A DNA stretch of 64,000 nucleotides from Haplodiscus bocki (GCA_965655095.1 OZ296653.1:56544001-56608000), one strand, 5' to 3'. Shown: positions 1 to 12,990, counted from the stretch's first letter. Notes: generated from the sequence alone by a model not told the origin. A program made the numbers and translations.

Positions 1-374
1 GATCTTTTACCTACGGCAAAATTGACTTGACAAAATCACACTGAAAAAGTTCAAGAAACTAGAGCGAAGCTTGGCTTTTCCACCCACATCACATATATGG
101 AACGAAAATGACTCACTAACCGTACGCGTTTTTTCTTTTCACATAAAATCGGCCAAGTGCACGATTACTTGCTCCATACAAGTCTATACATTATTTCACG
201 AAACCGACTGCAGAAAATGATTTATATAAATGCAATTTATCAGAATTCAACATGACTGTTCTGGCGTTCGTTTCAATTACTAGTAGCAAAATCATTGCCA
301 GTTACATTATCAATCTGTCCAAGATATTTTAAAGATCCGCTCACGTTTTTTCCGGCTATTAGATCATTATTATT

Positions 375-1251
375 ATGATGTCAAATGATGAAATTGATCA
401 AACTCTCCAGCACGCTAATAAGTTGCACCCGAATATGACGTTTACACTTGAGAAAGTAAATAATGGGATCATACCATTTCTCGACATGCTCGTTACGATA
501 GATGAAAACCAGAATCTGAGCACAGCAAGGTATGCTAAACCAACTGACACTGGATTGTCGTTGCGATTCAGATCTCTCGCCCCTACTAGATATGAAAGAA
601 ACACGATAGAGGACACAGTGCACAGGATCCACAACGCAACCTCAAACTGGAGTAGTTTCAATGAAGGTCTAATGAGAGCAAAAGACCAATGGGAAAAGAA
701 ACAAAATCCACCCGCATTTTACGAGCATATAGTTAATGAAGTCATTGAAAAACTGTTAACCAACAATACTGCATCTGTGGCAGGAAAGAAAGCTGAATCT
801 AAACGTGAAGAGCTACTGATAATGCAATATAGGGGTAACATCAGTGATAATTTTGCCAAACAGCTGAAGAAAATGTTGCTTTTATGATGGGGTATTTACA
901 ACAAGGAAATTGAAAACTTATTTACCATCATTAAAATGTAGAAACCCAGTAGAATTACAGAGCAATGTGGTCTATGAAATTAAATGTTCTGGTTGTGATG
1001 CCAGCTATGTCGGACAAACGGTTCGGCATTTGACCACAAGAATGCGCGAAGATGTTGCTGAGACTACCCCAATTGACAACCATATGAAACACGGCTTCAA
1101 TCTGTTACCTCGTGATACCGTCAAAATTATCGATAAGTATGGAACCCAGAACAATCTTTTGACGTTAGAAGCCCTCTACATCGCGAAAAGGAAACCGACA
1201 TTGAACACTCGAAAAGAGTATCGACAGCGCGAGTTGACACTGAGAACCTGA
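375..1251 (+). mobile_element. Penelope-like retroelement 3' fragment (RT thumb + GIY-YIG endonuclease), frameshifted and 5'-truncated
   Basis: ORF 375-887 has PLE RT C-terminal motifs (HPNMTFTLE, IPFLDMLV, YAKPTDTG). ORF 910-1251 has GIY-YIG motifs (NVVYEIKCSGCDASYVGQTVRHLTTRMRE...LEALYI...KPTLN). Confidence 0.9.
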
Positions 1252-1353
1252 AAACATTCTTTTTAGTTCCTACGCTATGGCTAATGAATCCTTATCATCA
1301 ATTTATTCTCAAAGTTGATACATTTATGTATCTTTTTTACATTTTGTCTATTT

Positions 1354-1402
1354 TCAGATACTGACGATGATATTCTATATCGAAAATGTTTAAATTCCCT
1401 GA
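1354..1402 (+). ncRNA. Degenerate Penelope-type minimal hammerhead ribozyme
   Basis: CTGACGA (1361-1367), then T, a GATAT/ATATC stem II and GAAA (1382-1385), ~110 bp downstream of the PLE stop. Stem I pairing is weak. Confidence 0.5.
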
Positions 1403-1524
1403 TTTTTACCTGGAAGATATTTTTACATTGATTATCTTCCTTTGCATTATTATTACGCTGAATGAATGTAGCAGGCGAGTGAATAAAGCAGACGGCCTGA
1501 TGAATTCACTCGCTTTCTCCATTA

Positions 1525-1692
1525 GCCATGATCACCATGACGCCATAACCGAAACACAATCATAAAGTTTTAAATACTCGTCTGTTATTGGCTCGCCATG
1601 TTCATTCGCTGGCTTCGGTCTTTCGCCGATGACGGCAGAAAAATTCTTAGAATTTTGAAGAGCCCAGAGACGGTTCACTATCTCTATTTTAT
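1525..1692. repeat. Dispersed repeat shared with 23503-23665
   Basis: Both copies begin catgatca(c/t)catgacgccataaccgaaa and end ggttcacta(t/g)ctctatttt. Confidence 0.7.
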
Positions 1693-1818
1693 ATAGAATT
1701 TGTTCAGTTGCTAGTGCTCACATCAATATAAGAGAACTTCATGGTCTCAAATTCATCCGCAACACTTCCGCCAACTAGTTATTTCGCTGTATATTTAACC
1801 TGAAATTGGCAATTCTTG

Positions 1819-2041
1819 AGCTCAAATAAAGTTGGTAGAGCAAGTGACTCCTGCGCGAAAAGTCCCAAGTTCGATCCTAGGCCACTCCTTCATCCTCGGC
1901 CAAAACCTAAGAACTTGTATCAGTCCTGAACGGATCGGAAAAAAATTAGGATTGTGTTATAACACTTGCTTGCGCAAGTGTAAGCATGTATCTATTCTTG
2001 ATATAGTGGGATATAGTGGAGGCAGATAAGTGATCGTAATC
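1819..2041 (+). mobile_element. tRNA-derived SINE-like element, interrupted by the LINE
   Basis: A-box-like gctca...agttggtagagc (1820-1841) and B-box gttcgatcc (1869-1877). No intact cloverleaf. Confidence 0.55.
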
Positions 2042-5000
2042 GGGTCCAATCATTCCGTCTTTCCGTGGTGGACCCAACACGAAGGATGCTCCTCCGTGCA
2101 AATGGAAGTTCAGCGGTCAAACGCCGGACAATCATCCCTCCTTCGAGAAGAAGAGGGGCCTCAACTGGGATCGGGTTTTTGACAACGGAGCAAATCACGC
2201 CGGCCGAATTGCTCCGGATTCTTCTCATCAGAGCTGGCATTGAAACAAATCCTGGACATAGATGGAATTGCTGTATCTGTCGCAAACCCTTGAACAAGCA
2301 AGGAAGTGTGCGTTGCTCTAAATGCGGGAGGTATGCCCATTACAAATGCACCCCTTTCAGCAACGCCAGCCACGTATCTTATAACTGGTCCTGCACACAA
2401 TGTACGAACCATCCACCGCCACCACCTCCTCCACATCCAGCCCAACAACAGGCCTGCTTACGACTCCTGCAGTTCGATTGCAATGGCATCAGTGGAAAGA
2501 AGGAAAAAATTGCAGCTTACCTTCAAAAGAACCAGATATCGATCGCCGCCATCCAAGAAACGAAACTGACGAGCAAAAGCAAGGCGCCTGACTTTGAGTC
2601 TCGCTACAACTTCATCAGACAAGATCGCCCCAACAACAAACCTGGTGGAGGTTTGGCTTTCATCATCCATGAAAGCATCGAATTTAGAATAATCCCACAA
2701 TACAGCGACGAGGTCCTCGAGACGCAAGGCATCAAGGCGAAGTTTGGCAATCTGGAACTGAAAATAATCAACTTCTACCTTCCTCCTAAGAGCAGTTGCC
2801 CTCCAGATTACCAAGAAACCCTCAAAAGCCTGCTCTCGCATAATAACGCCCTGCTGCTCGGGGATGCTAACGCTCACGACCCAACCTGGTTCTCGACGAT
2901 TGCAGACACTTGAGGCAGCAAACTCTCAGCAGAGATCGAAGAGTCCGAAATGGGAATCTTGAATGAAAACTGCCCTACCCGCCTGCCCTCGAACCAGCAG
3001 CAGACATCCCCTGATATCTCTTGGTCACGAAATCGTTGCTGACCTCCTGCGATTGGCCGACCGAAATCGGTCTCAGATAAGACCATCTACCAATCCTCAT
3101 ATCCATTTCATCCTCATCATTCCTGGAACAAATCCGCGACTCCAAGCGCACTTTCATCAACATCGCCAAATCTGACTGGCCTGCTTTTCAGGAAGAGATA
3201 CAGTGCACTCAGAAACCAGCCTGGACCAACGGATGTATACCACGGTGAAGCTGTACTGCGGAAAGTCATAAACACAGCATCGAAAGACCACATTCCGTCA
3301 AGCACACGCAAAGACGGGATTCCTCAGCTCTCAGATGAAGCCAAGGAACGGATGACAAAAAGAGACGAGCTAAGAGCCCGTGAACCACACTCGCCAAAAA
3401 ATGAGGAGGTAAATAGCCGATTCAGATGTCGATACGCAAAAGCAAAGAAAAAAAATGGCGCGAGTTCATCAGCTGTTTCGACCACAAAACTGACTCGTCG
3501 AAAGTATGGAGAACCAAAAAGAATCTCGACAACAAAGCAGCAAAAATCAAAAGGAATGACCCAATCAAATTCAAATTATCAAAACGCAGGAAAACTATCA
3601 CTGATCACAAATATATGTCAGAACTATTTAACAAACAGTTCACTTCGCCAAGGCCGCACAGCACCTCGGAACAGCATCGAGTCATCCGAAGCGAGATAAG
3701 CAAAAGAGGCCTAGACAATGGCACTTTTTTCACCGTTCCCGAGGTCGAAGAAGCAATTCGAGCAGCCAAAAGCTCAAAAGCGGCGGGACCCGATGGGATC
3801 ACTATGATTCATCTGAAGCATCTGGGATCCGGAGCCCTCTGCTATCTGACAAAAATTTTCAACATTTCTATATCAACCTGTACCTTACCTTCTATCTGGA
3901 AACAATCGACAATAATTCCTCTTCTCAAACCTGCTAAACCAGTAAACGACAGTAAATCGTATCACCCTATATCACTTCTATGCCCTGCTTCCAAAATTTT
4001 CGAGAAGTGCCTATTACCAACCATCCAGAAACACCTGAAATGCAAACAACATCAGCATGGTTTTAGAAGGAATCACTCGACGATATCGGCTCTGAACGAG
4101 ATATCAGCTGCGATTACCGATGGCTTCAACAAAACGCCTCCAGCCGAAAGGACGCCGCTCATAGCCCTGGATTTGTCGAAAGCCTTTGACCTAGTCTCTC
4201 ACAACACCCTCCTCGCAGATATAAACAGGTCGTCACTACCGGGATATGTAACCCACTGGCTGGCCTGCTACCTGCATGGAGGACAAGCGAAGACTATGTT
4301 TCGCGATTCACTCTCCAAAAGCCGCAACGTCCGATTTGGCGTCCCGCAAGGCTCTGTACTAAGACCCATTTTATTCAACTTCTATGTTAGTGGCGCCCCT
4401 CTACCTCCAGCCCACATCAACTTGGTGTCCTACGCAGACGAAATTACCGTCTACGCGAAGAGCAACAATGTGGACTCATTAGCTACAGAAACATCAGGTT
4501 AACTGGAGCAGCTATGCGAGTTCCTACAGCAACGCCAAATGGCAGTGTCACTAGAAAAGTGCTCAAGCACGCTTTTCACCCCATGGACGAAGCAGTAAAG
4601 GTGCAAGCCTGCTGTAAAAGTCAACAGCACGATCCTGGAGGTCAAGAATAACCCGAAAATTCTCGGCCTGACATTTGACAACAGACTCACCTGGGGACCA
4701 CACTGTTTGCTATCATGCCAGAAAGCAGCAAAAAGGGTAAACACTCTAAAAGCCTTGAGTGGAACCACCTGGGGTCAATAGAAGGAGACACTGCTCAATA
4801 GCTACAAAACTTTCGTGCAACCAGTCTTGGAATATGCATGCCCGGTCTGGACCCCTGCTGCTGCACCAAGTACAATCGAAAAACTGCAAAAAGTGCAAAC
4901 TGCAGCGCTACAAGTCGCAACAGGTTGTACTACCATGGGCCCGATACAGCATCTGCACGACGAATGCAAAATCCTACCGATTCGAAGACACATTCGAATG

Positions 5001-5567
5001 AAGAGTGTACAACAGCAATTCACTCACCATATCCCGAATCACCCTGGAAGCAGACTACGTAAAAGAACACTTGCCAGAACAAAACACTGCCTCAACTCGA
5101 GATACCAACGTTACATAGAAGCACTTCGCGACTCCGATTCAGATGATGAAATATCTTCTCGTGAGCGACACAAATCAATGATGCAGTTCATCCATACCAA
5201 CGAGGTAAAAGACTACATGGATACACGTGAAGACAATAAAGTCCTCAATTCCCCAGCACCAGACATCAGCGCAGATGAAGAGAAGTTACCACGCAAAACT
5301 CGCAGAATTCTGGCGCAACTACGAAGTGGATACTCGCCTCACTTACGAGCAGATCTCAAGCGTACGAGAGTAGAAGATTCAGATCTATGCCCGGATTGCA
5401 AGAAGCAGAAGCATACAACGAACCATCTATTTGACTGTGAAGCAAATCCCACAAATTTGTGCGTGCTATCACTCTGGGAATCCCCAACAGAAGCAGCCAA
5501 TTTCCTCCGTTTACAGGACGATGATTCCACTGAGGCCGCCTCCTGAGCGAAGGCAATCAACAACAAC
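2042..5567 (+). mobile_element. Full-length, decayed single-ORF non-LTR retrotransposon (Ingi/Vingi-like; PHD-APE-RT-Zn finger)
   Basis: 13-bp TSD AGTGATCGTAATC at 2029-2041 and 5568-5580, and an (AAC)n tail. PHD finger (CCIC...CSKC...HYKC...WSCTQC), APE motifs (IQETKL, GGGLA, LGDANAH), RT motifs (GPDGI, LDLSKAFD, GVPQGS, YADE) and a C-terminal LAQLRSG...CPDC...HLFDC. No RNase H is evident. Several stops and frameshifts (2911, ~3000-3420, 4500, ~4596, ~4780). Confidence 0.92.
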
Positions 5568-7342
5568 AGTGATCGTAATCCCATAGAACGTAAGTTTGAT
5601 TAAAGATTCTAATAAACAATTATTAGATTCTAGCACATGACTCGTGATATCAGATGCTTTTGCTTGAGGAATAGTCGTGAAATACGGCGGATCAAGTTCC
5701 TTGGTAGTTCCGGTCGTCCTTGACTTCATAACCACAGGTTTTGATTCCTTTGGAGTTGTTGTTTAAGCTGGTAAGGGCAAGGGAAGCTCTCATCGGTCGT
5801 GGAACGGGTTCAGACATTTTCACTTCTTGGATAACTAATTGCTGGGAAATGCTTATTTTGTATAAATCAAGTTCGAAGATCGATTTTGTAAACTGATTCG
5901 GTATAAAATTGTATTGAACGAACAATTGCATGATCGAATCCACAACATGCTCAGTTACAAACATTACCATGCCGTCACCAAAAACTCGATTCTAATTGGA
6001 CGAGACAACCATCCGAAAACGGCCAAGTCCGCGCGGTCCGTAAGGCTCAAAATACCAAAAGAGTAGAGGGTTCTGGTGTTCTGATGACATCCGTTTTTTT
6101 TCGGAAAATTACAAGTAACCATAGTTATCACAAAAAAAATTGGACCGAAGGTGGGTGTAACTGATTTTTTTTTGGTTTAACAATTTATTGGATTGCCCAG
6201 AAGGGGGTATAACGAAAGCTTTCGGAATTGGCTTTTTCGAAAAATTTCGAGCAAACTTTGTCTTGAAATTTGATAATTTCTTTTTAAAAAATTAAATCTT
6301 TCAATGGCTTTTTTTGAAGAAGCCTTTTTAGCACGTATTTGTGTGATTTTGTGATCCTGTGTAGAGCCGTTAAAAATGCGTAAGGTTAGTAAAAATGTCG
6401 TATACAGAGTGAGGTCTGTCTGAGAAAAACCAAACACTAACTAATTCAGTCGGGCTTTTAGTAATATCTACGGCTGCGACCAAAAGAATGCATGAAAACT
6501 GTTTCTATCAAAAGAACCACCTCTAAGCTAATTGGAATTCAGAATTCGTATCTATTGTACGGACGGTTGGTGAAAACTAGATGGATTCGAAGTTAGCACA
6601 GTAGTGCTCGTTAAGGTACAGTCGACATACAAAAAAAAAACAATTTTTAGTAGTTCCGGGATAATTTCAACTGTGTTAGCTTCACACACAAATGTGTCGT
6701 CAGCACTCGGTACTAGACCTGAGCCACATAACCGTAATTGAATTATAAAAACTACTCATAGATATTGTATCTCAGAAGTTCGCGACATTATAGTGGCGAC
6801 CCCAATTATTGCTTTGTCAACTTTCAAAAACACATGTTTCAAAAAACTAAAACGGTAACCTTCTCTGTACAAGTTTGAAATGATCTGAAGCTAAGAAAGT
6901 GGAAAACGATTTTTTTACGATACGATCAAATGTCGCATTAAGAATTCAAAACAAAATTACAAGAACTGGGAAACAATATTTCAACAAAATCAGTTTCCCC
7001 ACTTTTGAATCTTGAAAGGCCAATATTTTGGATCGATAGTTGATAGACGTAACCGGAATGTTAACATTTATTTGATTTCAATCGCAGTTGAACTGAAACA
7101 TTCTCGGGGTTACATATTATCCCTAGATTCAACATTACAACAGATGTTCAATATTCATATGGACGTAACAGGAAATGAAGTTCACGTAATCGGCAGTGAT
7201 AAGAAAAATTTTCTTCATGGGGATGACAAGATCTAAAACGCGACGAGGAAACTATCTGGTTACATCATTGTCGAATGATTGAGTTAACCAATCAATCTTT
7301 TCTGAAAAGCATTAATTTTGGAATGCTTTTGAAAAGAGACTA

Positions 7343-7860
7343 AACAAGACAGCCGGCTACCACCGGCATATTTTGCGCCATTTCCCATTTTTGTAAAGAA
7401 GGCTTTTAAAAAGATTAAAACGACTTTTTTTTTCTCGAAAAAACACTTCATCCTATTTTCTAACTTTTCCAACGTTCGAAATTTTCTGATTTTCTGCCAA
7501 AAAACCTCATAATTAGGGAGGAAAGGACATTTTCAAGAAATAATACCACTTGATATGCATTCCACAGCACATTTGCCGCCTTTGGCGATTTTGAAAAAAA
7601 AAATTGAAGTTTTTTTTCCAAAAAACTTTTCTATTTTTTCAAAAAAAACCCACATTTTGAACGTTTTGAGAAATCATACTATTTCAGTCGCACTCTACGG
7701 CAAATTTGCAACAACTTGATTAAAAAAATTCACGTTCACACGTGAACAAACTGCCGATGTTGGCGTGAACGCAGTTGGGAAACATCGAGGAAAAAAGCGT
7801 TTCATTTGAGAGGAAGATTTTGCTTTCATATTATAAATAATATGGCGCAAAATAATAATA
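7343..7860 (-). mobile_element. Helentron/DINE-1-like non-autonomous element (HINE-like)
   Basis: Subterminal inverted repeats ATTTTGCGCCAT / ATGGCGCAAAAT and a terminal GC hairpin GCCGG-CTACCA-CCGGC. The core is shared with other copies in the window. Confidence 0.7.
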
Positions 7861-9269
7861 CCTCAGCATAGAGTTGGTTCAAACTTGACTGAAAACAAGT
7901 CGACCCTATGTGGCTTCGATTTGAAAAAGGCTTTCACGATTGAACAGCAAAAGAATGTTGTCACGATGTGATATGTGGGAAGCCCTTGGAGCGGCTGATG
8001 CCGTACATTCACCACATTATGCAGCGTACTGTGGTCGAAGGCGTGATCTCTTCAAGGTTGAAAGTTTTCATGTGGCAATCAATCTTCCAACTACGGGTCC
8101 CTTCTTTTTTCATTAATTAAAAGACATACTCCGGTCTTGCCAATCGCTGAAGGTTGTGCTGTTTGTTGATTACAAAAAATTGACAGCGATTGGTAAAAGA
8201 GACGTCGGAGTTTTAAAAAATCTTGGGACGCCAACAAATTTGTTCTTAATTCTCAAAAAAATACTACTAAATCTATAAAACCAGTGCTTCCACGCGCAGC
8301 TCCTAATTCATTTTAGTTAAAAAAATGAGCATGTCTGCAGTTATCTCGAGTGCTAATTGACGAGATGCTTAAATTCAAATTAAGCCAACAATTTGGCATT
8401 CCAGGCATTAGATAAAGACTGCGACACTACGTTTCAAATATGCAACTTCTGCAACACTACAAAAATACAAAAGTATCATCAAATTCTTTTTGCAGTATGG
8501 ACGTCTTGTGTATGGTTGCTGTAGCTCTGATTCTTTGACAGCCATTCAGAAACATGAAAACGAATCGGAACCTCGGATCACATACTGACTCGTTAGTTGA
8601 GATCAAAGGTAAACACTTCACATCAAAGATATTTCGATATCAAACATGTTTTTGCGGATTCTGTTGATCATTTCAAAGCATTGTTTGAAAAACAAGCCCC
8701 TGGCGGCGCACGAACATAGCAGCGACTGAAATAGAAGACTATGAATTTTATTCAACTAATATTCAACTGCCTGGAAAACCTCTCAAAAAACGTCAACAAC
8801 AAGAAAGAAGAAATTACGTTCGTGATACTCTTGCATGAACTGAGAAACATCAGGAAAAAATTGCGGTAAATTCCGATAACTTCCCCTATCCCAAAAGTTT
8901 CACGACAATTGAAACATCAAAATTTTCCGTGCTACCCTTTTCCTACTCTAAAATTTTTCCACTGCAAGTGACATTCCCGATACCTCACCAAAAATCTCAA
9001 TATTGATATGTAGAAAACATGAAAACCAAATTCACAAATTTAAAATTCAAATTTGACACAAATGGCGGAAAATTAAGTTGCGGTTAATCGATAGTGCTGA
9101 ACTTTACAAGTTTACAATTTTGATGTTTAGGATAATTGATTGGCGGTTAGTCGACAGTGCTGAATTATTATTTTGCGCCATATTCTTTAGAATATGGAAA
9201 CAAAATCTTCCCCTCAAATAGGTGTGTTTTTTCACGATGTTGGCTCGCGTGAAAACTTTTTACCAAAAT

Positions 9270-9925
9270 TGCCAAGAATGCAGAAAATGCAAAGAATGCA
9301 AGAAATGCAAAAGATGCAAAAAATGCAGAGAATGCAAAGAAAGCAAAAAAAAATGCAAAGATTGCACAGAATGCAAAAAATGCAGAGAAAGCAAAGGAAG
9401 CAAAAAATGCAAAGATTGCACAGAATGCAAAAAAAGCAAAGAATTCAAAAGATGCAAAGAATTCAAAAACAGCAGAGAATGCAAAACAATGCACAGATTG
9501 CAAAAAAGCAAAGAATGCCAAACGTGCAAAAAATGCAGAGAATGCCAAGAATCCAAAAAATGCAAAAAAAGCAAAGAATGCCAAGAATTCAAGAGCTGCA
9601 AAAAATGCGAAAGATGCAGAAAATGAAAAGAATGCAAAGAATGCAACCATTGCACACAATGCAAAAAATGCAAAGAATGCAAGAGATACAAAAAAGCAAA
9701 GAACGCAAAGAATGCAAAAAATGCAAAGAATGCAAAGATTGCCTAGAATGCCAATATTGCCGATTTTACCGAGATTGTCAAGATTGCCAGGAATGCGCAA
9801 AATGCTAAGAAGGTAAAGAATGCAAGAAATGTAGAGAATGCAAAGATTTCCACGATTGCCAGAAATGTAGAGAATGCAAAGATTTCCACGATTGCCAAGA
9901 TTGCCGAGCCTGCAAACATTGCCGA
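9270..9925. repeat. Degenerate 9-bp tandem array (AAGAATGCA)n inside the HINE
   Basis: About 70 imperfect units, which produce open frames on both strands. Confidence 0.95.
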
Positions 9926-10067
9926 GACTGAAATAGTAAGTTTTCCCAGAACGTTCAAAATTTGGGTCTTTTTGAAAAAACAGATGGGTTTTCGGAAAAA
10001 ATTTGATTTTTTTTTCAAATACGCTAAAGGTGGCAAAATCGTTGTAGAATGCGTAACAAATAGTATT

Positions 10068-10597
10068 TGTAAAAATTATTGGGGTGTTCTTTTGTTTGAA
10101 TATGGGTTTCAGTCCTTTACTAGTTGCAAGACTTTGATGTACTTTTTAGTGGCTATCTTCAGTGCGTGGTGTGAGGAGGAAAACACTGTTGAAGCATTGA
10201 AGAATTAATTTCAAGTATACAGGCAACTATTTAGTAGCATTTCCTGAAGAGCTCTCTTCTCCAATCTATTCTTTACAGCTTCATAAATTTTCCAATCTCT
10301 TTTTTTTGTTATCGTGCGGCAATTAGAATTCAATACATGTTTTTTCTTCAATATGTCTTCTTTCCATTTAATTTCCATGCGGTTATTAGATGTTTATTTT
10401 TTGCCCACTGGTTTATTAGTTGTTTTTTTTCCGGATATTATTATTTCCGGTTAGGGAAGGGCTTGTTGTCAAGAAAAGATACGTCAGAGAATTTAATAGC
10501 GCCAAGATGTAATGATTCAAAAATGGATCAGATTGAGATCATGCTTTCCCACATTGTAGGATTTAATTAATTTCAAAATATTCGTCAGAATATTACA
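10068..10597 (-). repeat. 3' LTR
   Basis: Direct repeat of 22382-22915, with about 20 differences by eye (roughly 96% identity). Confidence 0.95.
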
Positions 10598-10680
10598 CTA
10601 GCCGACTTTAAGTTTATTTCTCCGGCTCTATTTTTATTTGTTGTAATTATTACCCATGCTTTCTTGCAGGTTAGTTCTTC

Positions 10681-12866
10681 TTAAACTCGGTGCATTTGTC
10701 GATTGAGTTGTGCATATGTAGGTGCACTTTCTTCTCTTGTTTCCATCAGTTGAGATTCGGGTAGTAATAAACTTTGGTTACGCCATTGAAAATTTTCATC
10801 ATTCTGTACCCGATCCAAATGTTGGTCTTCTACCACCATTATCGGTTTTAGGGGAATTTTTTGTTTATCCAGTTTGTGAGAAAAGGGTTGGAATTTGTGG
10901 AGTTTTTTGTAGCGATGTAGAGCAAGCATTAGTCTCAAATGTAGTAGTGCACTAACGATGAATACTACAATTCCAATCATCAAATGACTTTTCCACGATA
11001 TATAGTTATTAAATTGTTTCTCAAATGAGGGCTTCAACATAGTTAGGTTCTGCGCTTTAGGTTCAGCTATTTGTTGAATATTCTTTTTGTAGCCGTATTG
11101 TGGTTGGGCTTGGAGTTCGAGTTTGAGGGACTTTAGTAGTTTCATATTAGCTTCCACTTTCGTATTGTAGTAGGGAAGTTCATCCACTGTTGGTAGCAGG
11201 CTGAACATGTTTGCCATTGGTTGAGGCAGTTCCACTTCCAGTTTGACAGGTGGGACTTTTGCACATGACGATAGGTCAGACCGGATTCTGATATTTTCGC
11301 CAGTTAACTGTTTACCACATTCTAGTGTTATTAAGCAAATTCTACATCCTTTCACTGGTTTTGAGCCTGCCAGTGTTGTAGCATCCATATAATTTTCTTT
11401 GAATTCGAAGTTGGCCTGTGCTGAAGTTATAAGCCATATTCCATATCCCAGGTTTGTTGCTTTGACTTTCAGTGGTAGTGGGACTGGGACTGTATCACAG
11501 ACTTCTAATGCATCCATAATGCTTCCAAAATATAAAGTTGCGAGCCATGACGAGTCTTCATTTTCTGTTGCCCAAGTTTCACGGCAAATTCGATACTTGC
11601 TTGAACCAATACATTTGTCAAGTTGATCTCTCGTTACAAGCGAAGTTTCCATCAAGTTTTCTGATACTGCCAAATATTCTGCCTCCACATCCCGTTTAAT
11701 TGCCATGTCTTCGTCCATTTGGGGTAGAGGTACCACTATTGCTTTGTACACTGTGAATGCTGTTTGTCGTGATGCAAATGGGATTGCCATTGTCATCCAA
11801 AGACCCTCATCAAAAGTCAATACATCCAATAGTAAACGTGATTCATAATATGCCAGAAGTTCTTGTTTTGGAATGGCCAATGTAAGTCGGTGATCAGACT
11901 TCTCCTGTGAGTCGTCAACCACTTTTAAAATTTGTTCCAAAGACTCTTTGGGTAGTAGGGACATGGGAACATAATTTGAAAGCAGAGAGGGGGTAGCGTT
12001 CATGATATTCATCTGGAATGCGAATAGAGCGGCGCGATACGCTTTGACATTGCTGTAGATTAGCGAAAGTAGGGAAATTTTGTATCAAAATTGAAGTTCA
12101 CCTGTTGTCGTGTGTGTAAGAGTTGATCGCAATTGCGCATGTCGTGAATATTGTCGCGGAGTACTTGGAATTGTCTCTCGATCTTTTGCCAGTTCTCATT
12201 TTGGGTTTCTATAATTTGGTTTTGGATTTCGTGAAAGAGGGAAAAATCTTTCGACACACGGAAAAATTTTTCATCGGTTGCATTTGCAAGTTGTTGTAAG
12301 TTATCTCCAATGGCTATTGCATATTTTCCTAACTTTTCAATGTTTTTGGCATTCGTTTTGGCCTTTTCTTGGCACGAGCCAAAAATGCCTATAATGCCAC
12401 AGTCATCTGATGCAACGAACATGATGCGTGTTCCGAATAATCCAACGGCACCAGCAACTGCGGCTGCTATGGGTAGCGCTCTTCTAGATCTTTGGCTTTT
12501 TTTGATTTCGGTACCCTTCAGGTAGGAGTATACCCCTTGTTTTATTTTGGTCAGGTCTTCATCGGCGAACGATATTTCCTTTTTTGTTTCTTTTAGAAGC
12601 CAGTCTACTTTGAATTCGTTTTCACTTGTGTTAGTGAAATTAAGATAACAACGGTAGGTCGGCATTTGCCACATGTTTTGTAATTCTCTTGCTACTTTGT
12701 CTAGGCTTTTCGTTAGTTGAATGTCAAAGGTTGGGTAGGGGACTAAGAACTGGGCGTTTACAAATTTTTCTGCCAAAAGTATTTTTGTCTCTTCAAGAAA
12801 AAATACTCCTCGTTCAAGACCTTTATCATCTGCTGCTGCTACTCTTAATAGTAAAAGTAGAATCAT
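10681..12866 (-). pseudogene. env: env: class I fusion glycoprotein (F-protein/errantivirus-like), one frameshift near 12060-12090
   Basis: Signal peptide MILLLLLRVAAA, furin site RSRR followed by hydrophobic fusion peptide ALPIAAAVAGAVGLFG, heptad-repeat region, Cys-rich region (CIGSSKYRIC, CRICLITLEC) and C-terminal TM (LMIGIVVFIVSALL) with a cytoplasmic tail. Confidence 0.9.
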
Positions 12867-12990
12867 TATGGGAGGCTGGTTTTCTTTGTTGAATTAATTA
12901 ATACGTTGATTATTGGAATACTGTTAGAATGCACATGGTTTGAGTTATACTTGCAGTTTATAGTTCATCTTCTAGATAGTCCAGCAGTTC

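Noticed and set aside
1819-1890. Functional tRNA gene
   Set aside because: It has A/B boxes but no consistent acceptor or anticodon stems, so it is better explained as a SINE head.
9168-9808. Four overlapping ORFs, including a metallothionein-like CxxCxxC frame and an F/A-rich hydrophobic frame
   Set aside because: They are by-products of a stop-free 9-bp tandem array inside a non-autonomous element, open on both strands.
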